A DNA stretch of 64,000 bases from Phoronis australis (taxonomy: Eukaryota > Animalia > Phoronida), in the NCBI GenBank assembly GCA_002633005.1, contig NMRA01000080.1, positions 101,785 through 165,784 of the forward strand, in the 5' to 3' direction. The notes below the pieces were generated by a model. The model saw only the letters and a program-made list of their open reading frames with translations, searched no databases and had not been told where the DNA came from. A program made the translations under genes and the position numbers. Positions within the stretch are counted from its first letter, which is position 1. Each line of letters opens with the position of its first letter. This document shows positions 24,731 to 38,357 of this stretch, one piece after another.

Positions 24731-27700
24731 GAGTCTCTATGCCCATTTGTACGCATCTATAAACCTGTAGATTGCATCTATGCTTGTCTATTTGCGTTAA
24801 CATAAGTCTATTCGCGTCTATTCGTGTTTATACGCGGTTAGGCGCGTCCCTGCGCGTTTGTATATATTTAGATACGCGTGTATAGCCTCTATACGCGTCA
24901 ATTGGGTTCACATTCGTCTATTAGTGTCTATTCGCGTCTATTACTGTCTATACGCCTCTAATAGTGTTTATACGCGTCTAAGCCCGTTTATACGCATCTG
25001 TATACGCGTCTATAGCCTCTATTCACGTCTATGTTCCTTTACTCGCGTCCATTTGAGCCTAGCCATGTCTATACTCATGTATGCGCGTCAATGCCAATCA
25101 AACGCATCTGTCTACGCGTATATATTATCTATACGCGTTTATTTGCGTTAACATGCGTCTTTTCGCATCTCTTTGTGTCTATACGTTAACATAAGTCTTT
25201 TTGCGTCTATTCGTGCCTATACGCGGTTAGACGCGTTCCTGCGCGTTTATATATATTTAGGTGCGCGTGTATAGCCTCTATACGCGTCAATTGCGTTCAC
25301 AAGCGTCTATTAGTGTCTATACGCGTCTAAGCGTGTCCATGCCCGTTAATATGTATTTAGATACGCGTGTACAGCCTATATACTCACGTATTTGCTTTTA
25401 CATGCGTCTATTCGCGTTTCTTCGTATCTATACCCGTCTTTGCGCGTCTATGACCGTTTATATGCATCTACATACGCGTATAAAGCCTATAACAGCGTTC
25501 ATTTGCGTTTACATTCGTCTATTCGCGTTTATTCGTGTTTATACCCGTCAAAGCGCGTCAATGCCCGTTTATATGCGTCTATATACGCGTATAGCCCTTT
25601 ACATGCGTATTTTTGTTTTTTTTCGTGTTTATACGCAACTCAAGCTCGTCAATCCCGTTTATACACATCAGTAAACGCGTATATAAGGTTGGTACGCGTC
25701 TATTTGTGTTTATATGCGTCTATTCACGTCTATAGGTGACTATACGCGTCTAAGGGCGTCTATACGCATCTCTGTGCGCATATAAAGCCTCTATACGTGT
25801 GTATTTGCCTTTACCAGCCTCTATTTGAGTTTAAACCCGTTGATGCATTTAAACGCATATATAGCCTCTATTTCAGTCTAGCCATGTCTATACACGTCTA
25901 AGACTGTCGATGCCCGTTCATATACGCATCTTTAAACGCGTGAATAGCCGCTGTACGCGTCTACTTGTGTTTACATGCGTCAATTCGCGTTTAATTGAGC
26001 CTATACGAGTTGATGCGGTTTATACGAGACTATATACGCCTCTATTCGCGTCTTTTTCCGTTCACTTGCGTCTAGCCATGTCTGTACGCGTCTAAACGCT
26101 TATACGCGTCTATGTACGCCTGTGTAGCCTCTATACGCGTCTTTTTATTTTTACTTGCGTCTAACCAAGCTTATATGTATCTATGCGCGTCTAAGCCCGT
26201 CTATGCCCGTTTACACGCATCTGTATACGCGTATATATCCTTTCTACTCGTGTATTTGCGTTTACATGCGTTTATATGCGTTTCATCGAGCTTATACGGA
26301 TTATTGCGGTTATACGCGTATATAGACGCGTATAAAGCCTCTACTCGCGTACATTCTCGTTTCCTCGCGTCTACTTGAGTCTAACCAGATCTATACGCGT
26401 CTAAGCGCGTCAATGCCGATCAAACGCACCTGTCTACGCGTATATATTCTCTATAGTCGTTTATTTGCGTTAACATTGGTCTTTTCGCATCTCTTTGTGT
26501 CTATACGCGTCTAAGCGTGTCTATGCCTCTTTGTACGCATCTATAAACCCGTAGATTGCATCTATACTGTCTATTTGTGTTAACATTAGTCTATTATCGT
26601 CTATTCGTGTCTATACGCGGTTAGGCGCGTCCCTGCGCGTTTATATATAATCAGATACGCGTGTACAGCCTCTATACGCGTCAAGTGCGTTAACAAGCGT
26701 CTATTACTGTCTATACGCGTCTAAAAAAGTTGATACGCGTCCATGTACGCGTTTATGTACGCGTATAAAGCCTCTATTCGCGTTTTTTTTCGTGTATTTG
26801 AGTCTAGCCATGTCTATACGCGTCTGAAACTGTCGATGCCCGTTCATATACGCATCTGTATGCGCGTGAATAGCCGCAATACGCGTCTACTTGAGTTTAC
26901 ATGCGTCAATTCGCGTTTAATTGAGCCTATACGAATTGATGGGGTTGATACGAGTCTATATACGCCTCTATTCGCGTCTTTTTTCGTTCACTTGCGTCTA
27001 TTTTAATGTAGCCATGTCTGTGCGCGTCTAAGCGTTTGTACGCGTCTATGTACGCGTGTGTAACCTCTATACGCGTCTATTTGGTTTTACTTGCGGCTAA
27101 CCAAGCTTATATGTATCTATGCGCGTCTAAGCCCGTCTGTGCCCGTTTACACGCATCTGTATACGCGCATATATCCTTTCTACTCGTGCATTTGCGTTTA
27201 CATGCGTTTATATGCGTTTCATTGAGCTTATACGGGTTATTGCAGTTATACGCGTATATAGACGCGTATATAGCCTCTATTCGCGTACATTCTCGTTTTC
27301 TCCCGTCTACTTGAGTCTAGCCAGGTCTATACGCGTCTAAGCGCGTCAATGCCAATCAAACGCATCTGTCTACGCGTATATATTATCTATACGCGTTTAT
27401 TTGCGTTAACATGCGTCTTTTCGCATCTCTTTGTGTCTATACGCGTCTAAGCGTGTCTATGCCGCTTTGTACGCATCTATAAACGCGTAGATTGCATCTA
27501 TACTCTTCTATTTGCGTTAACATAAGTCTAGTCGGGTCTATTCGTGTCTATACGCGATTAAGCACGTTCCTGCGCGTTTATATATATTTAGATACGCGTG
27601 TATAGCCTCTATACGCGTCAATTGCGTTCAGAAGCGTCTATTTGTGTCTATACACGTCTATTAATGTCTGTATGCGTCTAATTGGGCCAATGTGTGTTTG

Positions 27701-30700
27701 TACGCGTCTGTGTACGCGTTTAAAGCCTCTATTCGCGTCTATTTTCGTCTATTTGAGTCTAGCCATGTCTACACGCGTCTGAGATTGTCGATGCCCGTTC
27801 ATATACGCATCTGTATACGCGTGAATAGCCGCTATACCCGTCTAATTGCGTTTAAATGCGTCAATTCGCGTTTAATTGAGCCTATCCGAGTTGATGCGTT
27901 TTATACGAACCTATATACGCCTCTATCCGCGTGTTTTTTCGTTCACTGACGTCTATTTTAGTCTAGCCATGTCTGTACGCGTCTAAGCGCTTATACGGGT
28001 CTATGAACGCGTGTGTAGCCTCTATACGCGTCTATTTGGTTTTACTTGCGTTTAACTAAGCTTATATGTATCTACGCGCGTCTAAGCCCGTGTATGCCCG
28101 TTTACACGCATCGGTATACGCGTATATATCCTTTCTACTCGTGTATTTGTGTTTACATGCGTTTATATGCGTTTCATCGACCTTATACGGGTTATTGCGG
28201 TTCTACGCGTATATAGACGCGTACATAGCCTGTATTCGCGTACACTCGCGCTTTCTCTCGTCTACTTGAGTCTAACCAGGTCTATACGCGTCTAAGCGCG
28301 TCAATGCCGATCAAACGCATCTGTCTACGCGTATCAATTCTCTATACGTGTTTATTTGCGTTAACATGCGTCTTTTCGCATCTCTTTGTGTCTATATTCG
28401 TCTAAGCGTGTCTATGCCCCTTTGTACTCTTCTATATACGCTTAGATTGCATCTACACTCTTCTATTTGCGTTAACATAAGTCTAGTCGCGTCCATTCGT
28501 GTCTATACGCGATTGGGCCCGTTCCTGCGCGTTTATATATATTTATATACAGGTGTATAGCCTCTATACGCGTCAATTGCGTTCACAAGCGTCTATTAGT
28601 GTCTATACGCGTCTATTAGTGTCTGTACGCGTCTAAGCGTGTCCATGCCCGTTAATATGTATTTAGATACGCGTGTACAGCCTATATACTCACGTATTTG
28701 CTTTTACATGCGTCTATTCGCGTTTCTTCGTATCTATACCCGTCTTTGCGCGTCTACGACCGTTTATATGCATCTACATACGCGTATAAAGCCTATAAAC
28801 GCGTGCATTTGCGTTTACATTCGTCTATTCGCGTTTATTTGTGTTTATACGCGTCAAAGCGCGTCAATGCCCGTTTATATACGTCTATATACGCGTATAG
28901 CCCTTTACATGCGTATATTTGTTTTTTTCGTGTTTATACGCATCTCAAGCTCGTCAATCCCGTTTATACACATCAGCAAACGCGAAAAAACATTTATTCG
29001 CGTCTAGTTGTGTTTATATGCGTCTATTCACGTCTATTGGTGTCTATACGAGTCTATTAGTGTCTATACGCGTCTAAGGTCGTCTATACGCGTCTATGTG
29101 CGCATATAAAGCCTCTATAGTGTCTATTTGCGTTTACAAGCCTCTATTTGAGTTTAATCGAGTCTATACCCGTTGATGCATTTTATACGCATACATAGCC
29201 TCTATTCGCGTCTATTTTCGTCTATTTGAGTCTAGCCATGTCTATACGCGTCTAAGACTGTCGATGCCCGTTCATATACGCATCTGTATACGCGTGAATA
29301 GCCGCTATACGTGTCTACTTGAGTTTACATGCGTCAATTCGCGTTTAATTGAGCCTATACGAGTTGATGGGGTTGATACGAGTCTATATACGCCTCTATT
29401 CGCGTCTTTTTTCGTTCACTTGCGTCTATTTTAATCTAGCCATGTCTGTGCGCGTCTAAGCGTTTGAACGCGTCTATGTACGCGTGTGTAGCCTCTATAC
29501 GCGTCAATTTGGTTTTACTTGCTGCTAACCAAGCTTATATGTATCTATGCGCGTCTAAGCCCGTCTGTGCCCGTTTACACGCATCTGTATACGCGTATAT
29601 ATCATTTCTACTCGTGCATTTGCGTTTACATGCGTTTATATGCGTTGCATCGAGCTTATACGGGTTATTGCAGTTATACGCGTATATAGACGCGTATATA
29701 GCCTCTATTCGCGTACATTCTCGTTTTCTCCCGTCTACTTGAGTCTAGCCAGGTCTATACGCGTCTAAGCGCGTCAATGCTGATCAAACGCATTCTGTCT
29801 ACGCGTATATATTATCTATACGCGTTTATTTGCGTTAACATGCGTCTTTTCGCATCTCTTTGTGTCTATACGCGTCTAAGCGTGTCTATACCGCTTTGTA
29901 CGCATCTATAAACGCGTAGATTGCATCTATACTCTTCTATTTGCGTTAACATAAGTCTAGTCGCGTCTATTCGTGTCTATACGCGATTAGGCACGTTCCT
30001 GCGCGTTTATATATATTTAGATACGCGTGTATAGCCTCTATACGCGTCAATTGCGTTCACAAGCGTCTATTAGTTTCTATACGCGTCTATTAGTGTCTGT
30101 ATGCGTCTAATTGGGCCTATGTGTGTTTGTACGCGTCTGTGTACGCGTTTAAAGCCTCTATTCGCGTCTATTTTCCGTCTATTTGAGTCTAGCCATGTCT
30201 ATACGCGTGTGAGATTGTCGATGCCCGTTCATATACGCATCTGTATTCGCGTTAATAGCCGCTATACGCGTCTAATTGCGTTTACATGCGTCAATTCACG
30301 TTTAATTGAGCCTATCCGAGTTGATGCGTTTTATACGAGTCTATATACGCCTGTATTCGCGTGTTTTTTCGTTCACTTGCGTCTATTTTAGTCGAGCCAT
30401 GTCTCTACCCGTCTAAGCGCTTATTCGGGTCTATGAACGCGTGTGTAGCCTCTATACGCGTCTATTTGGTATTACTTGCGTCTAACTAAGCTTATATGTA
30501 TCTATGCGCGTCTAAGCCCGTCTATGCCCGTTTACACACATCTGTATACGCGTATATATCCTTTCTACTCGTGTATTTGCGTTTACATGCGTTTATATGC
30601 GTTTCATCGACCTTATACGGGTTATTGCGGTTCTACGCGTATATAGACGCGTATATAGCCTCTATTCGCGTACATTCTCGTTTCCTCTCGTCTACTTGAG

Positions 30701-32545
30701 TCTAGCCAGGTCTATACGCGTCTAAGCGCGTCAATGCCGATCAAACGCATCTGTCTCCGCGTATATATTATCTATACGCGTTTATTTGCGTTAACATGCG
30801 TCTTTTCGCATCTCTTTGTGTCTATACGCGTCTAAGCGTGTGTATGCCCCTTTGTACGCATCTATAAACGCGTAGATTGCATCTATACTCTTCTATTTGT
30901 GTGAACATTAGTCTATTCGCATCTATTCGTGTCTATACGCGGTTTGGCGCGTCCCTGCTTGTTTATATATATTTACATACGCGTGTATAGCCTCTATACG
31001 CGTGAATTGCGTGCACAAGCGTCTATTAGTGTCTATACGCGTCTATTAGTGTCTGTACGCGTGTAAGCGGGTCTATGTGTGTGTTTATACGCGTCTATCT
31101 ACGCGTATAAAGCCTCTATTCGCGTCTATTTGAGTCTAGCCATGTCTATACGCGTTAGAAACTGTCGATGCCCGTTCATATACGCATCTGTATACGCGTG
31201 AATAGCCGCTATACGCGTCTACTTGCGTTTACATGCGTCAATTCGCGTTTAATTGAGCCTATACGAGTTGATGCGGTTGATAGGAGTCTATATACGCCTC
31301 TATTCGCCTCTATTCGCGTCTTTTTTCGTTCACTTGCTTCTATTTTAGTCTAGCCATGTCTCTACGCGTCTAAGCGCTTATACGCGTCTATGTACGCGTG
31401 TGTAGCCTCTATACGCGTCTATTTGGTTTTATTTGCGTCTACCCAAGCTTGTATGTATCTATGCGCGTCTAAGCCTGTCTTTGCCCGTTTACACGCATCT
31501 CTATACGCGTATATATCCTTTCTACTCGTGTATTTGCGTTTACACGCGTCTATATGCGTTTCATCGAGCTTATACGGGTTATTGCAGTTATACGCGTATA
31601 TAGACGCGTATATAGCCTCTATGTGCGTACATTCTCGTTTTCTCGCGTCTACTTGAGTTTAACCAGGTCTATACGCGTCTAAGCGCCTCAATGCCGATCA
31701 AACCCATCTGTCTACGCGTATTTGCGTTAACATGCGTCTTTTCGCATCTCTTTGTGTCTATACGCGTCTAAGCGTGTCTATGCCCCTTTGTACGCATCTA
31801 TAAACGCGTAGATTGCATCTATACTCTTCTTTTTGCGTTAACATAAGTCTAGTCGCGTCTATTCGTGTCTACACGCGGTTAGGCGCGTCCCTGCGCGTTT
31901 ATATATATTTAGATACGCGTGTATAGCCTCTATACGCGTCAATTGCGTTCACAAGCGTCTATTAGTGTCTATACGCATCTGTTAGTGTCTGTACGCGTCT
32001 AAGCGGGTCCATGCCCGTTAGTATGTATTTAGATACGCGTGTACAGCCTATATACTCACGTATTTGCTTTTACATTCGTCTATTCTCTTTTCTTCGTATC
32101 TATACCCGTCTTTGCGCGTCTATGACCGTTTATATGCATCTACGTACGCGTATAAAGCCTATAAACGCGTGCATTGAACTTTACATTCGTCTATTCGCGT
32201 TTATTCGTGTTTATACGCGTCAATGCCTGTTTATATACGTCTACATACGCGTATAGCCCTTCACATGCGTATATTTGTTTTTTTCGTGTTGATACGCATC
32301 TCAAGCTCGTCAATCCCGTTTATACACATCAGTAAGCGCGAAAAAACATTTATACGCGTCTAGTTGTGTTTTTATATGCGTCTATTCACGTCTATTGGTG
32401 TCTATACGAGTCTATTAGTGTCTATACGCGTGTATTAGTGTCTGTACGCGTCTAAGCGGGTCTATGTGTGTTTGTGCGCGTCTATGTACGCGTATAAAGC
32501 CTCTATAGTGTCTATTGGTGTTTACATGCGTCTATTCACGTGCCT
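24731..32545 (-). repeat. Satellite, right arm: same family in reverse orientation, with a ~955-bp higher-order repeat
   Basis: Monomers read tacgcgtcta. The marker atcaaac(g/c)ca recurs at 25097, 26419, 27355, 28310, 29783, 30740 and 31697. Confidence 0.97.
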
Positions 32546-35131
32546 CTCATATAGTCTGACTGTGAGAGCAGTCGAGTCAGTCATTGTTCTACCTCGGTTT
32601 CGATAACTTCGGTCGTCGTTTGCTTTTGCTTACGAGCCAGTCAACATGCCACGCTGTTGCTGCGTACTGGGGTGTATTCATTATCGTCTCACGTACAGGT
32701 GAAGAAATGTCCCACTTGCCCGAGTGTTCCGCGACACACTCCCACTGGAGGGTGATCTGAGCACCCAAACTATGCTTACATCCCGCCGTGTGACTCCCTC
32801 GTCACACACCTGGCACCTTCCAAATAGCTCCAATACAAGTCCACAATAAACTTATCAAATTTAGGCTCACCGATCTGTTCATTGGATGACGAACAATAAT
32901 AAAATTAGTAAATAAGTAGTAATAGTAAATATTATAATCTTTTAGATCTGAATGTATTAAGAGTGCAGAAAGAAATGAAAGAAAGTAATCAATGGGTGAA
33001 GAATAAACTGATCAATAGTTCCCAAAACCATGCAAACGACGTACTTGCCTTAAATTGCACCAGAAAATTTAGCCAGGTGTCGCCAGTGAATAATGACGTA
33101 AGGGCTTATGTTAATGCGTAAGGAGGCCCAGAACAGTTCTCACTGGGTTTTGCCCAGCAAAACACACATCACTTGATTTGTCACCTTTTCTTCACTCTGT
33201 CAAAAACAGGATGCAAAGAATGGCATGTTTTCGATTATTTCACATAAAAAGCCCTGCAGATGAGCACAGAAACTTTATTCTCTCTTGTATTTTTGACCAT
33301 TTCATGCACTGAAAACCAAGCTAGACTAAGAAAAATAACGGCAAAAAAATGCAAAATCGGCACATTTCACCCAAAAAACACCACTTCCCTGCCGATGCAC
33401 TACTAAAGCCAACATTAGAGTCTGAAAGCAAATTTCCTACCGATTCCGAAAATGTGGTCCAAAAGTATAGTCCGGATACCTATCGTCGTCAGGCTCCAAA
33501 GGTCGTCCGCCATCTTCTTTCGCGTGCAGCGCAGCCACGCGGGACTTAGCGTTCCAATTTGGAGTGCTCGTCTACACGTTAGGTACTTACTTCTCGGGAG
33601 AAACGCGCATGGAAGAACTGAGAATAAAATTAATGCATTTACCGACTGTTTTTTTTTGAGACCACTTAAAAACTTGTAGATTTTACTAATGCACATTTTT
33701 GTTCATTTTCAGAAGATATTTTCGAAATTTAATTTTCTTCAGACGGAACAAAAAAACAACTCAGAGATTGTTTATGCATTGTATCTATTTGTCCCAGCCA
33801 CTAACCGACACCCGTTAGGCCAAAGGAAAAACGCAGCAGACAAATGGAACACGCTGCGTGCTTAACAGTTTCGGCTCACGCATTCGTCATCAAAATATTG
33901 TCCACTTGTTTTTTATTGCAAAACACAGTACTGAGCTCAACATTTATGTTGAAATTTTTGGTTAAAGCATTTTGAATTTATTTGAAGAAAATTAAAATAC
34001 TTGAATTGATAGAGAATGGCCACCAATAAAGTAACACATTGACTTTATTTCACTATATTGCGTTGTTACATACAACACAGCATGACATAATCAAAAATAA
34101 AAGAAGAGATTGAGCAATAAAATACAAATACAACTTGGGTATTTATATATTTATTTATGATTGCAAAAGCCTGTTAAAGGTGAGAAAAAATCAAACAATA
34201 CGATATTGGGTAATTTATTAGACCAATTGTATCGAGGTTCAATGATCAACTTGCACCGACCAAAGTCTCAAAGGGTTGCAGTTATGTTTTAGCTGACAAG
34301 GTGCTAACAGAGAATGAAGAAAAACTGAAAAGAAAAAGAAAGACAGCAGAGATAAGTGGTGTTAAGAATAACATGAGCAAAAACTCAAATAAAGAGGACA
34401 CCAATAGAAAATAAGTAAGGTCTATCTGGAATAAAGAAATTGCGATTTATTTTCCAGAACTTAATTTCTAAATCAATTTTAATCGATCTAAAAATCGATA
34501 TCATACTAGTAAAGCAGTTTGTGGTTGAAGTAGAATTGCTGTAAACCACTTTCCACTATTTTCTTGGCCTTTTTCTGTGTTGTTTTCTGTTCTTTCAAAA
34601 GGCGGTAGCATATGACGACCATAGGATTCATTATAAAATGGCTGCCGAAAAGCAATGCACAGTTGAACAACTCGGCGTAAGTAAGAGAAAACGTTTGAAT
34701 CAACGAATACTATATATTTGTGAGAGTTAAATCAAATCCTATTCAGACCATAACTTTGAAGTTGAATAATTGGGTGAGTACGACAACAAGCCGGTTTTAT
34801 GCTTAGGCGGACGACCATTGGGTTCCCGAGTATACTGTCAACCAACTAGTTTTTTGGCAATTCTTGCTTGTTTGAGCCAATTTCTCGGTCGCTACCCAAC
34901 AATGCACAATTGCAGCCGGGGGCTGCCATCTTGAAGAAGAGTGCAGCTACAGCCAAGAAAGTGGCTTTTTTATTCACACCATGTTCACAAATACAAACAA
35001 ACCACATTCACTGAGCCTACGTGCAATGCCCACCTACAAAATGCCCCCAAATAATTAAACTTGGCCTACCCCAAAATTTCAATATTTTGGGAGTGCACTA
35101 GAGTTGGCCGCGGCCGCAGCCTAACTGTTCA

Positions 35132-35183
35132 GTGCCACCAGAGACCGTAGCGTCTTTGGTGCCACCATAGTCTATGGTGCCAC
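35132..35183. mobile_element. Stacked P-like transposon footprints between three GTGCCAC direct repeats
   Basis: GTGCCAC-[CAGAGACCGTAGCGTCTTTG]-GTGCCAC-[CATAGTCTATG]-GTGCCAC. Confidence 0.6.
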
Positions 35184-36147
35184 CTATAAGATCACAGTTT
35201 TCGTCCATTGAAAGTATACGGAGTTGGCGGTCCATGTACTATAGTCTATCCTGGCAGCAGTTTCACACAAAAACCTGAGTTGTTTCAATCGTGAACATCA
35301 TCTATCTTAATCAGTGGGGAAGCAAAAAAGTCAAGAATTTTCAATTAACTGTTGCTGCAGGCGAAGCTTTTCAAAAAGCACCGTTTCTTTTTATCGACTG
35401 TGGAGCCGCCGTGTCTTGCCATACTTATTGCACACACGTCCGCTAAACGTCTCTACGGCCCATCAACAATGGCCGCCAGTGGCCGTCCAATGGGATTTCG
35501 CTAGGTGGTTTGTCTCCCTCTCTACGATCTCTGAATAGCCCCATTACATCGTGTGTTGGCGGCACAGAATAGAAGGTAGGCCTACTGAACTCAGGAAGTC
35601 CTTTCAGAATTTTGGCAAACCATGGGCAAACTGAATCCGCAGTCGGCCAGCGCGGCTTCGATCGACCCGCGCAAGTAAATCAAAGTAGCATTAGTCTTGG
35701 CTAAAATGCATGTAAACCAATTTTTGAAGTCACTAGTATTATTGTCAAGCTCAGTTCAAAATTGCCAGTGAAATCCTCGGTCGTGGGACCGGACCAAACC
35801 ATGAAAAACAAAAGTTTAGATCAAAACTGAATCATGTCCGACTCGAGTCGACGCTTGCAAATCGCCGAAAGGTGGCGGGAAAATCAGTGAACCAAGGAAG
35901 CAAGGAGGCAAGGAAGCGGCGTGCGAACGGATACTGGGTAAGGAGCTCCAGCCAGGTAAAAATTGTCTGCATAACCATACTTTATTTAAAAACTAAAACA
36001 AGTAACAAGCGAACATAAATGTTTGACACCAACGATACACTCAAATGACTTGCACGGCATCTTGAATATGCGTTCGAGGCATTGAAAAAATACGAATGGC
36101 CGACATAGTCTGATCTGATGAGTAAGCCACAGTTTGCTAGTTCAGAC

Positions 36148-36815
36148 CACAGGCGTCCTCAGCTTCTGATCGTCCCCAATACACTACATATAATACTACA
36201 AGGTATGACACTTCGGACTTGAAATTCCACGGGTGCTTCACTTGAGCCGTCCATAGCAAACATAAAACTCATTAAATTTGCACAAAACAGGGGTTCAACA
36301 AACCATGAAGAATTGTTCTTTCTCCCAATACCATTCACGGTGTCCTGTTACGGCGACTTCGTAAGAAATTCGCAGTCAAAGAACAAAAATGTTCACAAAA
36401 AAACCCCACACACGTTCTCCCTAGGCCCGTCGAGGTCAAGGACGGTTACGGAAATTGCCGGTGAGTTACGGAAGTAGCGACATCGTGACTTTACGCGACA
36501 AAGCGGCAATTTCCGTACCGTCCTTGACCTCGACGGGCCTAGGGAGAACGTGTGTGGGGGCTTTTTGTGAACATTTTTGTTCTTTGACTGCGAATTTCTT
36601 ACGAAGTCGCCGTAACAGGACACCGTGAATGGTATTGGGAGAAAGAACAATTCTTCATGGTTTGCTGAACCCCTGTTTTGTGCAAATTTATTGAGTTTTA
36701 TGTTTGCTATGGACGGCTGAAGTGAAGCACCCGTGGAATTTCAAGTCCGAAGTGTCATACCTTGTAGTATTATATGTAGTGTATTGGGGACGATCAGAAG
36801 CTGAGGACGCCTGTG
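36148..36815. mobile_element. 668-bp foldback MITE with 8-bp TSD (P-superfamily-like; hAT not excluded)
   Basis: Arms 36148-36460 and 36504-36815 are near-perfect reverse complements around a 43-nt loop. Termini CACAGG...CCTGTG. TSD GTTCAGAC at 36140-36147 and 36816-36823. Confidence 0.93.
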
Positions 36816-38357
36816 GTTCAGACGTGAGCGTGAACTTGGAATCCTGCTGAAGGTCACGTATGCGTGAACTCGGATACATTATGGAACTCGGAAAGTTCAA
36901 AACATTTCATTTGAACTTGATTGTTTTATAATTCCACGTTCACTCATGCGCGATCTGGAGATAAAGCAGGATTCCAAGTTCAGGCACACTAGAACAATGA
37001 GGTCTGCTGTAGGCCTTGATAGTTGCCAAAGCAGTCATTTGATGTTTGCTCATGAATGCAAAACCAAGATGCAAGTTATTCATCTGTTGTTTCGTACATC
37101 TATTGTGAAATAGATGTTCGTGGAACAGTGCAATAATTAACGCAGAAAATGTATCTTGCATCATCATTCAGTCGATAGCCTACGTTCGACAATCCAGTCG
37201 ATATCTATTGAAATTGATTTCTGCTTGCTCTCCTGTCCAAATAGATGGAAAAATGCACGTGAATTGGTTTGTTTATACCTATTAGATATTCAAGATGGTG
37301 GACGTACTAGTCGTGGTCGTGGACTCGAATGTTGGGCAATTCTGCAAGAAATGTCAATTTCTGGCCGTGTAAAATTTTGGATGCACCGATCGAGTTTTTG
37401 ACGTCAAATTCTGACTAACATTACGAGGGTATTGACTATGAACGTTGTGCAAGGCAAGAGATTGAGAGAAAACAAAAGGTGGACTGTCAATAAAATGTAT
37501 GATAAAAATGCCACTCGTTTTATCTAGACGCTTTATTGTCTTTATTCAGACTGTCGGCTTCGTGGGAGACTGGACGTTGCTGCTGAATTCTTTACCTCCT
37601 TGTTGTAGTTTTTGAACTAAGTCAATATTGGCATCTCTAGTATGAATGTCACATTCTTTTTTGAGTGAAATGATTCCGCGTACTGTTTGAAACGCTTCTA
37701 TATAGACTTCTATTTAAAGTTATTGAATAAACGAGTGGTCTTTGTTTTAGCAATGACACTGTTATTCCACTTCACTGTACTATGTTACTACATGTTACTT
37801 TGTGTCAGAGAACTGGATAGATGTGAAAGCTGTTTTTAGTATCTGTTAATGGGTCAAAACTGGGTTTGGTATCCTTTTAACAAAAAGAAATCGGATGTAC
37901 CTGACAAGAAAAATGGAATAAATGGGTAGAAGCATACTGAGACTAGGCCCGGACCGCAGTCCTAAATGATGTCCTGGAAGGGGTGAAATTCTGGTTATTC
38001 CTGTGCCCTGCCCCCTCCCCCCCAACTCAAAATGCTCATCCGCCCCTGGCGTTATCCAAATATGTGATTTATTTGAAGAAATATTACATAGTCATTGTCT
38101 TAAAATAACTTACTCCAAACATGTCACCATCCAGTGGAAATTGACCCCATTTTGATCAGTATTTCCCGTACTGCCTAGTGACCTGCATTAGTATCACTCA
38201 GGGGTTAGCCCACATAGATAATCTATGGCCTGACACGTCTGAATATAATCACAGTGACCATTCATGATGGCCACGACGATTATGGAAAAAACAGAATGAA
38301 CACCAATGCTTTTCTATTTAAGGTATTATTCTATGGGGATGGATTGAGTAGAGAAGA

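Noticed and set aside
10697-32256. Dozens of Y/R/I/A/S/V-rich ORFs that recur almost identically
   Set aside because: They are translations of the satellite's T-rich strand, and they switch strand exactly where the array flips.
35132-35183. CRISPR-like array
   Set aside because: Repeats are only 7 bp, spacers are palindromic, there are no cas genes, and the context is eukaryotic.
35900-35960. KRRANGYWVRS, resembling a Harbinger transposase N-terminus
   Set aside because: Too short, with no downstream DDE motifs.
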